From positions 20,956,001-21,020,000 of the forward strand of contig NC_083277.1 of the NCBI RefSeq assembly GCF_963506605.1: DNA of 64,000 bases, read 5' to 3'. Below are positions 1 to 12,803 of the stretch, one piece after another. Source of the DNA: Zootoca vivipara (Eukaryota). The notes below the pieces were generated by a model. That model was not told where the DNA came from. It worked only from the letters and a program-made list of their open reading frames with translations, and ran no database searches. How positions within the stretch are numbered: the stretch's first letter is position 1; the number at the start of each line of letters is the position of its first letter. The translations under genes and the position numbers were made by a program.

Positions 1-1116
1 AGTTGTTGGGAGCTGGGGGCACTGTCATGCAGTGGTTCCGCTCCTTCCTCCTGGGCTGTGTTCAGAAAGTGGTGGTGGGGGATGAGTGTTCAGACCCCTG
101 GGCTCTCACTTGTGGGGTGCCTCAGGGTTCTGTCCTCTCCCCCATGCTTTTTAATATCTATATGAAGCCGCTGGGAGAGATCATCAGGGGGTTTGGGCTG
201 GGTGTTCATCAGTATGTGGATGATACCCAGCTCTACCTCTCTTTCAAATCAGAATCAGTGAAGGCGGTGAAGGTCCTGTGTGAGTGCCCTGGAGGCGGTT
301 GGAGGATGGATGGTGGCTAACAGATTGAGGTTGAATCCTGACAAGACAGAAGTACTGTTTGTGGGGGACAAGAGGCGGGCAGGTGTGGAGGGCTCCCTGG
401 TCCTGAACGGGGTAACTGTGCCCCTGAAAGACCAGGTGCGCAGCCTGGGAGTCATTTTGGACTCACAGCTGTCCATGGAGGTGCAGGTCAATTCTGTGTC
501 CAGGGCAGCTGTCTATCAGCTCCATCTGGTACGCAGGCTGAGTCCCTACCTGCCTGCGGACTGCCTCGCCAGAGTGGTGCATGCTCTGGTTATCTCCCGC
601 TTGGATTACTGCAATGCGCTCTACGTGGGGTTACCTTTGAAGGTGACCCGGGAACTACAACTAATCAAGAATGCGGCAGCTAGACTGGTGACTGGGAGCG
701 GCCACCGAGACCACATAACACCGGTCTTGAAAGACCTACATTGGCTCCCAGTACATTTCCGAGCACAATTCAAAGCGCTGGTGCTGACCTTTAAAGCCCT
801 AAACGGCCTCTGTCCACCCCCATCGTTTTGCCCGGACACTGAGGTCCAGCGCCGAGTGCCTTCTGGCGGTCCCCTCACTGCGAGAAGCAAAGCTACAGGG
901 AACCAGGCAGAGGGCCTTCTCGGTAGTGGCGCCCGCCCTGTGGAACGCCCTCCCATCAGAGGTCAGAGAGATAAACAACTACCTGACATTTAGAAAATAC
1001 CTAAAGGCAGCCTTATTCAGGGAAGTTTTTAATGTGTGATATTTGATGTATTTTGATGTTTGTTGGAAGCTGCCCAGAGTGGCAGGGGAAGCCCAGCCAG
1101 ATTAATAATAATAAAA

Positions 1117-1164
<48 letters not shown>

Positions 1165-1165
1165 G
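1..1165 (+). mobile_element. L2/CR1-group LINE, 3' part of RT ORF, frameshifted
   Basis: ORFs 3-320 and 280-993 carry RT motifs GVPQGSVLSP, YVDDTQLY, LRLNPDKTE, SRLDYCN, LHWLPV; ends in an (ATT)n tract at about 1117-1164. Confidence 0.9.
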
Positions 1166-1219
1166 CACTAGCCTTGATTTGGCAACCATGGTTGCCTGAA
1201 CAGAAGGACAGAAACATAC

Positions 1220-4108
1220 TTTGATTGTATTTAACCATATGTCCTTGTTGAATGCCAATCCATGAAGAATCAACACAGATGGCTTGCGTCCGGGTTCCCC
1301 TCGGCAGAAGTAGCAGAACCTGTAGCCCTCGTGCTCAGCATAATTCACTGCCACACCCCTTTTCTGACGTTTGTACCTAAAAGCAGAGAGAGAGAAACAA
1401 AATGAATGGACAAGGGATTTTCAACTGGAGGGGTGATTTTGCAGTGGCTTCCAATTAAAGTAGGGGCTTTAGGATTGCTGCAGCTCTACTGCTTGCATAG
1501 GGTTGGCCATCTGCAAAATGGGTATAATTCAGCCCAGCCTTCAAATCAATGGTTTTCCTGGGCATTTGGGCAGCACCAGTGATTGGATGTTTCTATTCTA
1601 TGTTGATGCATTTTTTTTGTCCTCATTGTAAATCCATTTGGGACTTTTTTGTGTGGATCTTCAGGGAGGGAGAAGAGAGAGAAGATTTATTAATATCCTT
1701 CCTAACTTTCATTAGCAAGTTCCTTCACTTAGCAGAGTTTACATCCCCCTTTTACATGCACAGTAGATAGCTGGTTGCAGGCTTTTTTTTTTTTTAAGAA
1801 ATTTTATTAATGCAAAAAAGAACAATACATGCATACAGTACAAGCATATATATATATATACCATATATGGCTTCAATTTTATACTGTTTACATGAGATTA
1901 AAATCCCAAAAAAGAACTAAGAGGAAAAAAGGGGGAAGAAAAAAGAAAAAAAAAGAAAAAAAGGAAAAAAGAAAATAGAAAAAAGGGGGAAAAAGGAAAA
2001 ATCAGAAAAAAAGAGGGGGGGAAAAAGGACTGAATCAACAGCCTTCTCTTACCTACATTCTTTACATCTAACATTCCTTCCACTGCACTGAACACATAAT
2101 TAAACCTTTCTTCACTTTTATACGGTTGTCCTCTCGATGGTAACCACTTTTACATGAATACAGAAAATAATAATAATAATACTTCAAACCTCTATCAATA
2201 TGATTATCCTACACAGTTATTCTAGGCACATCCATGTATCTTTTCCCATTCCTGAGTTCTTTAAGTAATCATTTAGGCATTCCCACTGAATCCTGACTCT
2301 ATTTCTAGGTTTGTTACGTATCCAATCCGTTAATTTAGCTAGCTCCAGATATTCACAAAGCTTGTCAATCCATTCTCCTTTCGATGGTATAATAGGTTCT
2401 TTCCAAACTTTCGCTATTGTCATCCTAGCTGCTGTTGTTGCATATAGGAAGATATCTATCTTATCGGGTGGAATATCCCGATTGAGAATTCCTAATAAAT
2501 ATGCTTCTGCTCTTTTCCTAAATGATATCTTAATTAATTTTTGGATCTCTTGATGAATCATCTCCCAAAACTTTTTAATTCTTGGGCACAGCCACCACAT
2601 GTGGTACATTGTCCCGGCAGCCTGTTGGCACTTCCAACACTTATTGTTACCACTTTTGTTTATTTTTGCTATTCTCACCGGGGTCAAGTACCACCTATAA
2701 TGTACTTTCATATAGTTCTCTTTCAATACATATGAAGCTGTAAAATTAATTCGTCTCTCCCAAAATTCTTTCCATTTAGTATGTTCTATCGTGTAGCCCA
2801 AGTCTTGTTCCCATTTTTGATATACTTATTTTTTGTTTCCTGCTGTTGTTTGGGTTCCCTTAATAATCTATACATTTTGGAGAGGGTTTTGTTTTTACTA
2901 TTGAGAATTTCTTTCTCGAACCTTGTATTCACCTCATCAAACCCCCTTGTTTGAATATCTTTTTCAAAGGTTGCTTTCAATTGAAAATATTCAAGCCATG
3001 ACATTCCTTTAACCTTTAGTTCATCATATTCTTTAAGTTTAATATGTCCATTAACATTTTCGGTTAAGTCCCTATATGTTGGCCACACCTGTCTCAAATA
3101 ACATTTTAAGGTGGCATTTGCCTCAACTGGCGATGCCCACCAGGGAGTTTTCTCTATTATTTTTCCTTTGGTTCTCTCCCACACCTCCCACAAGGCCCTT
3201 CTTACAGTATGGTTTTGGAATTCTTTGTTTTTCTTTCCCTTTCCATATAGTAGATAACCATGCCACCCATAAGCTGGTTGCAGGCTTGTGTAAGCCTCTC
3301 ACTATCATACAATTCAGTTCCCTTTTTGGTTGGACAGTGTTCTCGAAGCTACTAACATGAGTTTGACCAAACTGCGGGAGGCAGTGGAAGACAGGAAAGC
3401 CTGGCGTGCTCTGGTCCATGGGGTCATGAAGAGTCGGATATGACTAAACGACTGAACAACAACAAGTTCCCTTTTATCCCTCTTAAAAGAATAAAGATAC
3501 GACAATCTTATTTAAAGTCAATAAAAGAAGTTTACTCACATCAGTTCACAGTTGGATCCCTGAAGGCAGACTTAGTTACAAATTTGTACACGTGGATCTA
3601 CCCCATATGGGGGGTTAATCTCAGTGCTTCTGCTAGCTGAGAAGCTACCAGAGTATTGCTAGCTAAGAAGCTGGTCCAACGACGAAGGAAGTGAAAAAGA
3701 GAGAGAATGGCAGCATGCCTTGTCCTTTTGTTACCTGGACAGGTTAGGTCACGCCCATGCAAAAGGAAGGATGCTCCAGCCCAGGAGGAACAAGGAAGTT
3801 TTGACTGGCTGGACCAAACCTCCCCTTGCCTGTCCACTCTAGGAAAACAAGGAATGTTGTATTTGACTGCTCCCAGTGGATTACATCCCACATTTTTTGT
3901 TGTGGAAGGTGCAAATGTCAGAAACCTAACCTAAACCTAAGACATGGAAATCATTCCATATCCCTTCCTAGAGATACACTCACCATATCATGATCCTGGA
4001 TATTTTTGCCCTAGCCAGCAGGTGGTACACTGTGACAAGGGTCAGTGCAGAGATTAATCCAACGATGCTCACAATCTTGAAGAATATATTGGCCAGAGAG
4101 AGCTCCAT
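1220..4108 (-). CDS. ABHD6: ABHD6-like monoacylglycerol lipase, paralog A, 5' part only (coding exons 4108-3984 and 1376-1220; remainder beyond left edge)
   Basis: Exon 1 is 125 nt (MELSLANIFFKIVSIVGLISALTLVTVYHLLARAKISRIMI, hydrophobic anchor, GTGAGT donor). Exon 2 is 157 nt (YKRQKRGVAVNYAEHEGYRFCYFCRGEPGRKPSVLILHGLAFNKDIWLNTIK, AG/GT bounded). Phases match each other and paralog B. Symbol denotes family; this is a divergent paralog. Confidence 0.85.
1785..3271 (-). mobile_element. 5'-truncated L1-clade LINE (ORF2 C-terminus, 3' UTR, polyA)
   Basis: ORF 2217-2801 has CWKC...HMWWLC zinc-knuckle; poly(T) at left end; 16-bp TSD AGCTGGTTGCAGGCTT at 1769-1784 and 3272-3287. Confidence 0.9.
3327..3464 (+). 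mobile_element. BovB (RTE) 3' end fragment
   Basis: Matches 3' ends of the other BovB copies here; (CAA)n tail; flanking repeat AGTTCCCTTTT. Confidence 0.8.
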
Positions 4109-4294
4109 GCTGGGTAGCCAAACACTCTTCTTTGCTGCCTGTACAAATAAAAGAATTGGATAATAGTTCAGGTGAATATGGTCAATTGGGAGGGAAAGAG
4201 GGCAGTGTATTAAAATTAAGGTTCACCACTTAAATGTCTTCTGCTGTTAGCTGTTTCTTCAAAAGAGAGGCAAGGAAGAGCAGTACAAGGAGTA

Positions 4295-4536
4295 CAATGG
4301 TACCTCTGGTTACAAACGCTTCAGGTTGCAAACGCTTCAGCTTACAGACTCCGCTAACCCAGAAATAGTACCTCGGGTTAAGAACTTTGCTTCAGGATGA
4401 GAACAGAAATCGTGTTCCGGCAGTGCAGCGGCAGCAGAAGCCCCCATTAGCTAAGGTGATGTCTCAGGTTAAGAACAGTTTCAGGTTAAGAACGAGCCTC
4501 CGGAACGAATTAAGTTCTTAACCTAAGGTACCACTG
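4295..4536. mobile_element. Tc1/mariner (Tigger-like) MITE
   Basis: TA TSD; CAGTGGTACC-type terminal inverted repeats. Confidence 0.85.
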
Positions 4537-4799
4537 TATACCACTTTTAACAAAACTGGATTAAAAGTAAGTGAGGTCACATCCACTCCATACATTTAAA
4601 GCACACTTATACCATTTTAACAGCCATGGTTTCCCCTAAAGAATCCTGGGAACTGTAGTTTGCCAAGGGTGCTAGGAATTGTGGCTCTGTGAGGCATCTC
4701 CTGATAACTCTCAGGACCCTTAAAAAATGACAGTTCCCATGATACTTTGAATGAAGCCGTAACTGTTAAATCAGGGCTTTTGTGACAGTACTCACAGGG

Positions 4800-5752
4800 A
4801 CCTGTGATGAATTTTAACAAGGAGAAATGTAAAGTACTACACTTCGGCAAAAAAAAATGAAATGCACGAATACAGGATGGGTGACACCTGGCTTGAGAGC
4901 AGTACATGTGAAAAGGATCTAGGAGTCTTGGTAGACCACAAACTTGACATGAGTAAGCAGTGTGATGCAGCAGCTAAAAAGGCCAATGCATTTCTGGGCT
5001 GCATCAATAGGAGTATAGCATCTAGATCAAGGGAAGTAATAGTACCACTGTATTCTGCTCTGGTCAGACCTCACCTGGAGTACTGTGTCCAGTTCTGGGC
5101 ACCACAGTTCAAGAAGGATACTGACAAGCTGGAACGTGTCCAGAAGAGGGCAACCAAAATGGTCAAAGGCCTGGAAACGATGCCTTATGAGGAACGGCTT
5201 AGGGAGCTGGGTATGTTTAGCCTGGAGAAGAGAAGGTTAAGGGGTGATATGATAGCCATGTTCAAATATATAAAAGGATGTCATATAGAGGAGGGAGAAA
5301 GGTTGTTTTCTGCTGCTCCAGAGAAGCGGACATGGAGCAATGGATTCAAACTACAAGAAAGAAGATTCCACCTAAACATTAGGAAGAACTTCCTGACAGT
5401 AAGAGCTGTTCGGCAGTGGAATTTGCTACCAAGGAGTGTGGTGGAGTCTCCTTCTTTGGAGGTCTTTAAGCATAGAATCATAGAATCATAGAATCATAGA
5501 ATCATAGAATCATAGAATCATAGAGTTGGAAGAGACCACAAGGGCCATCCAGTCCAACCCCCTGCCAAGCAGGAAACACCATCAAAGCATTCCTGACAGA
5601 TGGCTGTCAAGCTTGACAGCCATATGTCAAGACAGCTTGACAGCCATATGTCAAGAATGCTTTGATGGTGTTTCCTGCTTGGCAGGGGGTTGGACTGGAT
5701 GGCCCTTGTGGTCTCTTCCAACTCTACAATTCTATGATTCTATGATTCTATG
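4800..5752 (+). mobile_element. CR1 LINE 3' region with internal inverted 3'-end copy
   Basis: ORF 4862-5491 ([27 protein letters not shown]); (ATTCTATG)n tail at 5729-5752; inverted tail piece 5471-5611. Confidence 0.92.
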
Positions 5753-6078
5753 GACCTCTAATAATCAATAACTCTTTCCTGCCGTGTTTCAGCTTGTTGT
5801 CCGGATCCACTGGAGGGAAACTACTTCCTAGAGGTGTTGCCAAAATAAAGCACTGTTGACGTGTTGCTCAAAGTTTCTGGATTACGGATAGTGGGAGTTG
5901 CATGACAACAAGAGCTGAAGAGTCACAGATTTACCGCCTTTTCCTTGCAATATGATGGCCTGTTGCAAGAAGCAAGGGCGTCCTTGATATTCTTCCCTGT
6001 GATTCATTCATGTTCATAGCACATGCACTGCTGCAGCCACCTTTTCCAATGTAGGCAAACATGTCCTGTGTTGTAGGG

Positions 6079-6339
6079 CAGGGGTCGGCAAGGTATACCT
6101 CGCCTGGGCCGGTTCACTCCCGTGGGCCAGATCGTGTCTGCGCAGATGTGATTTCCGGCGTCTGCGCAGACGCGATTTCCGGTGCCATGGAAGCGAGTTC
6201 CCGCTCCGCGCTGCACCTGCTTAGTGTAGCGCACGGGGACTCGCTGAGCGGGCGGCTCAGTTCGGGGGCGGCTCTTGGGCTGTTTAAACGACCCCCGTGG
6301 ACCGCTTGTGGCCCATGGGCCACAGGTTGCCAACCCCTG
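6079..6339. mobile_element. hAT non-autonomous element
   Basis: CAGGGGT...ACCCCTG termini; 8-bp TSD TTGTAGGG (6071-6078, 6340-6347). Confidence 0.88.
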
Positions 6340-6717
6340 TTGTAGGGTATAACTATTTTAGTACAGGCCTGTACCAGGGATGAGGAAGCTGTTGCCCTCC
6401 AGATGTTTATGGAATCATAGAATTGTAGTGTTGGAAGGGACCCTAAGGGTCATTTAGTCCAACCCCCTGCAATGCAGGAATCTCAGCTAAAGCACCCTTG
6501 ATAGATGGCCATCCATCCTCTGCTTAAAAACACCCAAGGAAGGAGAGTCTACAACTTCCTGAGGGAGACCGTTGTGGGACTCCAACTCCCATCATTCCTT
6601 GCCACTGGCCATGCTGGAGGGGGGCTTTTGGGAGGCCAACAACATCTGGAGGGCCACTAAGGTGCCATCCTATACCCACTTACCTTGGAATAAGCCTCAC
6701 TGGACCCAAATGGACTT

Positions 6718-7408
6718 AGAATCATAGAATCATAGAGTTGGATGAGACCACAAGAGCCATCCAGTCCAACCCCCTGCCAAGCAGGAAACACCATCAAAGC
6801 ATTCTTGACATATGGCTGTCAAGCCTCTGCTTAAAGACCTCCAAAGAAGGAGACTCCACCACACTCCTTGGTAGCAAATTCCACTGCCGAACAGCTCTTA
6901 CTGTCAGGAAGTTCTTCCTAATGTTTAGGTGGAATCTTCTTTCTTGTAGTTTTAATCCATTGCTCCGTGTCCGCTTCTCTGGAGCAGCACAAAACAACCT
7001 TTCACCCACTTCTATATGACATCATTTTATATATTTGAACATGGCTATTATATCACCCCTTAACCTTCTCTTCTCCAGGCTAAACATACCCAGCTCCCTA
7101 AGCCGTTCCTCATAAGGCATCGTTTCCAGGCCTTTGACCATTTTGGTTGCCCTCCTCTGGACACATTCCAGCTTGTCAGTATCCTTCTTGAACTGTGGTG
7201 CCCAGAACTGGACACAGTACTCCAGGTGAGGTCTGACCAGAGCAGAATACAGTGGTACTATTACTTCCCTTGATCTAGATGCTATACTCCTATTGATCCA
7301 GCCCAGAATTGCATTGGCTTTTCTAGCTGCTGCATTACACTGTTGACTCAAATTTATGGTCTACCAAGACTCCTAGATCCTTTTCGCATGTACTGCTCTC
7401 AAGACAGG
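6718..7408 (-). mobile_element. CR1 LINE 3' region
   Basis: Near-identical reverse copy of the CR1 at 4800-5752 (ORFs 7022-7351, 6794-7009); tail at 6718-6735. Confidence 0.92.
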
Positions 7409-7508
7409 TACCTGTGAAAACTTATTTCTCAGACTTATTTCTGAGTAGCTATGTATTGGATTGCACTTAGAACTACTTTCCTGTTTTAAGGAAAAAGATG
7501 AAGAAGTA

Positions 7509-8011
7509 CAGTGGTACCTTGGTTCTCAAACTTAATCCGTTCCGGAAGTCCATTCCAAAACCAAAGCATTCCCAAACCAAGGTGTCCTTTCCCATAGAGA
7601 GTAATGGAAAACGGATTAATCCGTTCCAGACTTTTAAAAAAACAACCTCTAAAACAGCCATTTAACATAGATTTTACTATCTAATGAGACCTTTGATCCA
7701 TAAAATGAAAGCAATAAACAATGTACTGCCGTCACACAGTCAATCAATCAGTCAGTCAGTCAGTAGCTGTTGTTTTCCAACACAGTCACAAAAACAACAA
7801 AGGAAGAGCCGCAAAAACGAAACCCCAAAATAAATAGCAAAAACAGACAGATCTCAGCGTAACACTCAAAACGGAAATGTGGCACTAAAAACAGAATCGT
7901 TACACTCAAAACGGAGCACGTTCAGCTTCCAAAAAAAGTTACACTGACTGTGCACTGTTTGGGTTCCGAGTTGTTTGAGTACCAATTCATTTGAGAACTA
8001 AGGTACCACTG
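7509..8011. mobile_element. Tc1/mariner MITE (long subtype; sibling at about 40088-40560)
   Basis: TA TSD; CAGTGGTACCTT terminal inverted repeats. Confidence 0.85.
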
Positions 8012-9241
8012 TAATAACCATCTGCATAGACCAAAACTTTACCATACTTGTTTTAGATCCTAGTGCACTTTACACGCAATAGAAAAGTGGCTTCCAATAC
8101 TGTATATGAATACAGTGCATTCAAAGAAACCTGAACACTCATGTTTTGCCATCAAAATAATTTAAATCCATCAGCATTTCAATTTCTAGGATGCCTATAA
8201 ATCTGCTGTTCTTAAAACCTACCCCATCATAGAACAAACATATTACCAGTGCTATTTTTCTAGAAAAAGGGGTGCCGGAACTCACTATGAACACCTCCCT
8301 CGTTCTCTTAGAATGGGTGCCAGAACTGAGTTCTGGTGAGTTCCAGCTGAAAAAAATGCCATGCATATTAGCAAAACATTGTTCACAGAGATTTCAGATT
8401 TTGCTCCTGAAATGCTATGCTAAATCTTCTGAAAACACTTATTCAATAAAGCCTATCCCCTCACTTAAGCAAACTATCAAAATAATTGCACATGCAAGAA
8501 ACACAGTTGAAGCTGAAGTCCAAGAGCATATGGAAGGCTACTACAGGTTCCCCTTCCCTGCTTTAGACAAAATAACAATGCATCTTAAAATACTCCCTTC
8601 TAAAATGCCTCCTCCTAAAGGGAAACAAAACCATTAGAGGACGAGATCTAGCTGCTTGTAAACAAGTATTACGTGCTTTGTCATGCATATTAAATTTTTA
8701 AAAAATCCATACCTATACAACCACTTCAAGAAGACAGAAACAAAAGGCAAGCAAAATTAGACTCTTATAACAATACATCTGAAACAACCCATTCATGTAC
8801 ACCAAACTTTATCTCAAAGCAACTGAGAAATAGAATACTTACTACCAGATTGAGACAGTATTGCCCAGGATACAGTCACTGGCAAAGATTCAAGTCACCA
8901 ATGCTTCCCCGAGAGGGTTATCGTTTAATTATGAGGGCTAGGCAGCTGCTCACTTTAATTAGCAATTAGCCAATATTCCGGTTTTGCTCAATAGAACATG
9001 AGTTACCAGAGTATGCACCTTGTCACGAATTATTTGCCTAACATTTTGAACTTCTTAATTGCTTTCAGGCTCTCTATAAATAAAACTTAGGCCGTCAAGT
9101 GTACATTATTTTACAGAAATTGCCAGCACAGGGGTTTGTCCCCATGGAGGGGGAAAGATTAGAAAATTAACGTGGGTAACAAAATAAAAAACAATGTGAA
9201 TAAGTGCATAATCAAAGCCAGTGCAGATCCAACAAATGGAT

Positions 9242-9341
9242 TGTTGTTTGTTTAGTCATTTAGTCGTGTCCGACTCTTCATGACCCCATGGACCAGAGCA
9301 CGCCAGGCACTCCTGTCTTGCACTGCCTCCTGCAGTTTGGT
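9242..9341 (-). mobile_element. BovB 3' end fragment
   Basis: BovB tail sequence flanked by direct repeat CAACAAATGGAT. Confidence 0.8.
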
Positions 9342-9478
9342 CAACAAATGGATAATGGATCCCAATAGTCAAAATGAAAGAAATAATGAACCAAAGTCAC
9401 TCTCCAAAAATACCAGGTTGCCCAAAGCAGAGATCACCCTGGAACACACCTTATCATACTGCTGAAGTGCTGGTACAT

Positions 9479-10243
9479 GTTGTTGTTGTTGTTTAGTCGT
9501 TTAGTCGTGTCCGACTCTTCGTGACCCCATGGACCATAGCACGCCATAAACTTGGATTACTGTGATGTTAAAAGGTCTGCCTTGGATTCGTATCGAGATC
9601 ATTCTGTCATTTTTGAGATTGCATCCCATTACAGCTTTTGCCACTCTTTTGTTGACTATGAGGGCCACTCCATTTCTTCTACAGGATTCTTGCCCACAGT
9701 AGTAGATATGATAGTCACCCGAACTGAATTCGCCCATTCCCTTCCATTTTAGTTCACTGATGCCCAGGATGTCGATATTTATTCTTGTCATCTCATTTTT
9801 GACCACATCCAGCTTACCTCCATTCATGGTTCTTACATTCCAGATTCCTATGCAATATTTTTCTTTACAGCATTGGACTTTCCTTTCGCTTCCAGGCATA
9901 TCCGCAACTGAGCGACCTTTCGGCTTTGGCCCAGCCGCTTCATCAGCTCTGAATCTACTTGTACTTGTCCTCCGCTCTTCCTCAGTAGCATGTTGGACGC
10001 CTTCCGACCTGAGGGGTTCATCTTCCAGCGTCATAACTTTTATATGCCTGTTGTCTTTGTCCATGGAGTTTTCTTGGCAGGGATACTGGAGTGGCTTGCC
10101 AGTTCCTTCTCCAGGTGGATCACGTTTAGTCAAGACTCTCCACTATGACCTGTCCGTCTTGGGTGGCCCTGCATGGCATAGCTCATAGCTTCTCTGAGTT
10201 ATTCAAGCCCCTTCGCCATGACAAGGCATTGATCCACGAAGGG
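9479..10243 (-). mobile_element. Internally deleted BovB (5' UTR plus APE N-terminus joined to 3' tail)
   Basis: ORF 9501-10133 has APE motifs IGIWNVRTM and DILGISELKW; (CAA)n tail; TSD GCTGGTACAT 9469-9478 and 10244-10253. Confidence 0.88.
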
Positions 10244-10688
10244 GCTGGTACATACCTCTCCCTGTATTTCTTAAATATTCTGAGAAGTAGCTGCCACCGT
10301 TCATTACTATAACATAAACATACCTACCTTCTTCAGATGATGGAAACACAGAGAGAGATTGGGATGGGGTGAGCTCACAGCCTTCCCCAGCCAGATGACT
10401 TCCTAATGTTTTGGCACTGTAGTCAAAACATCTGGAAGCCCCCAGGTTGAGGAAGCTTGGCTTAAAGTATTTGCCCTGCTCAGAGACGGACACTTGATAT
10501 TTTAACTGCTGTTGCAGTTTCCTGATTTATCCAGGCTCAGTTTCTCAAGATTATGTTTTTTTCTTTTCTTTTCTAGGATCAAATCCTGCAACAAATACGG
10601 TACATTTATTTCACCATGGACAACATCTGGGGACCCAAGATTGAAGAGCATGGCTCTAGGTGACCTGCCGGTATGTAGTAGTGGCAGT

Positions 10689-11223
10689 TGTTGTTGTTAT
10701 TTAGTCGTTTAGTCGTGTCCGACTCTTCATGGACCAGAGCACGCCAGGCACTCCTGTCTTCCACTGCCTCCCGCAGTTTGGTCAAACTCATGTTTGTAGC
10801 TTCAAGAACACTGTCCAGCCATCTCATCCTCTGTCGTCCCCTTCTCCTTGTGCCCTCCATCTTTCCCAACATCAGGGTCTTTTCCAGGGAGTCTTCTCTT
10901 CTCATGAGGTGGCCAAAGTATTGGAGCCTCAGCTTCAGGATCTGTCCTTCCAGTGAGCACTCGGGGCTGATTTCCTTCAGAATGGATAGGTTTGATCTTC
11001 TTGCAGTCCATGGGACTCAAGAGTCTCCTCCAGCACCAGAATTCAAAAGCATCCATTCTTCGACGACCAGCCTTCTTTATGGTCCAGCTCTCACTTCCAT
11101 ACATCACTACTGGGAAAACCATAGCTTTAACTATATGGACCTTTGTTGGCAAGGTGATGTCTCTGCTTTTTAAGATGTTGTTCAAGCCCCTTCACCACGA
11201 CAAGGCAGTGATCCATGAAGGGG
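10689..11223 (-). mobile_element. Internally deleted BovB (about 45 nt 5' end joined to RT C-terminal region and tail)
   Basis: ILKSRDITLPTKVHIVKAMVFPVVMYG and EKTLMLGK motifs; TSD AGTAGTGGCAGT 10677-10688 and 11224-11235. Confidence 0.88.
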
Positions 11224-11588
11224 AGTAGTGGCAGTAGTATTTGCCAAAATCAGCTACTGTATATTCTTTTCCCCATGGACTGGAGAAAGGAGAATAATAT
11301 GTTGAAATAAGGCTCACATTTTCGTTATATGTGGTAACCCCCATCAGGTCTAACTGGCCTGTAGTTGCCTTCTGATGACAAGCCCCATCAGCCCCAGGGA
11401 GCAGAAGCAGTTGTCTCCTGGCACAGGAATCCCAGTAAGATTATTTGTCAGAGCAGCCATCTGCTGAGATCCAGTGCTGGATTTACATATAAACTATTAA
11501 TGTTTTGTGTTGTGTATGGACCTATTAGGTCCATAGATTACCATATATTGTAGCATATACAGCTGCACATATAAAGGGCCCCATTTCC

Positions 11589-11678
11589 CATAGCTGCCAA
11601 GTTCTCCCTTTTTTTAAGGGAAATTCCCTTATGCTGAATAGGCTTCCTCGTGAGAAAAGGGAAAACTTGGCAGCTATG
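11589..11678. mobile_element. 90-bp hAT MITE (TIR CATAGCTGCCAAG)
   Basis: 8-bp TSD CCATTTCC. Confidence 0.88.
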
Positions 11679-12109
11679 CCATTTCCTTCAGTAGTTTAGG
11701 GCCTCATCAAACCTAAACCCGGGCCTGCTGAGATCCATCACTTAATCTCCATAACAAAGGGAAGGCACTGAGCAACCTTGCCAGAATTTTATTAATAAAT
11801 CCTGAATTATTCCCAGGTCTTTCTTATGCCACCTTCAGTGGTAGAAACCCCATTCACATAAATCTTAAGAGCCACGCCTCCCGAGTTGAATTTAAGAAAA
11901 CGTTTCCCAGATAGTAGCCTGCAGGCATATTTTAAATCTCATAGATCATCTGTGTAAACTGCACAAAATGTTCTGGGTGCAATTTGATCCTTCAATCATT
12001 TGGGAAAGATTCTCTTCCAGCCATCCTATGCTGTGATTTCTGCTGTGATTGCTTTGCTTCAGGGCCTTTTTTTTTTTGTATGCTACTGTAGATGTTGTTT
12101 GGACTGCCT

Positions 12110-12448
12110 CTCTCCTGAACCCTGCAATCATCATTTGAGGGCCTTTTCCTCCACCAGGGGCCTCTAGAAGACAGCAACACAAGAGCGGGCCTTTCCTGTG
12201 GTGACTCCCTGCTTGTGGAATGCTCTCCCCAAGGAGGTTCGCCTGGCACCTTCGTTGCATATCTTTAGGCAACAGGCAACAACATTCCTCTTCTCCCAGG
12301 CCTACCTATGGCTAATTAAACAAACTACAGTACGGCCTTTTGAACTATGTGTGTGTGTTGTTGTTTTTTGTTACTACCATATGTTATGTATTTTTGTGTT
12401 TTTATATTGTGAACTGCCCTGTGTTCCTCGGATGAAGGGTAGTATAGA

Positions 12449-12495
<47 letters not shown>
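12110..12495 (+). mobile_element. Old L2-type LINE 3' fragment
   Basis: Similar to L2 3' ends elsewhere in the window (LWNALP); (TAA)n tail. Confidence 0.6.
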
Positions 12496-12803
12496 ACCAT
12501 TATATAAATAAACTATAACAACAACATCAACAACAAATCTTGTTTCTTCCTCTCCAATTCCAATTGCTCATATTTTTTGTTATTCCTTTGTTTATGCAAT
12601 TTCTGAGGTTCTCTAATGTTTTCCAAATAGACCATTGTTCCTCTTGCCATGATTTCTTCTGAGATGAAGATAAGCCCAGGGCCAGCCCTTTGATTAGGCA
12701 GAGTGTTGCAGTTGCCTCAGGAGGCAGCTGCTAATGAGTGGGGACAAGATTTGTAAGACAGAGCTGTTCATATCACATGGCTTGCCTTGCATCCACTATA
12801 CTA

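Noticed and set aside
5471-5525. Regular short repeat array resembling CRISPR
   Set aside because: 8-bp CR1 tail microsatellite with no spacers; eukaryotic DNA
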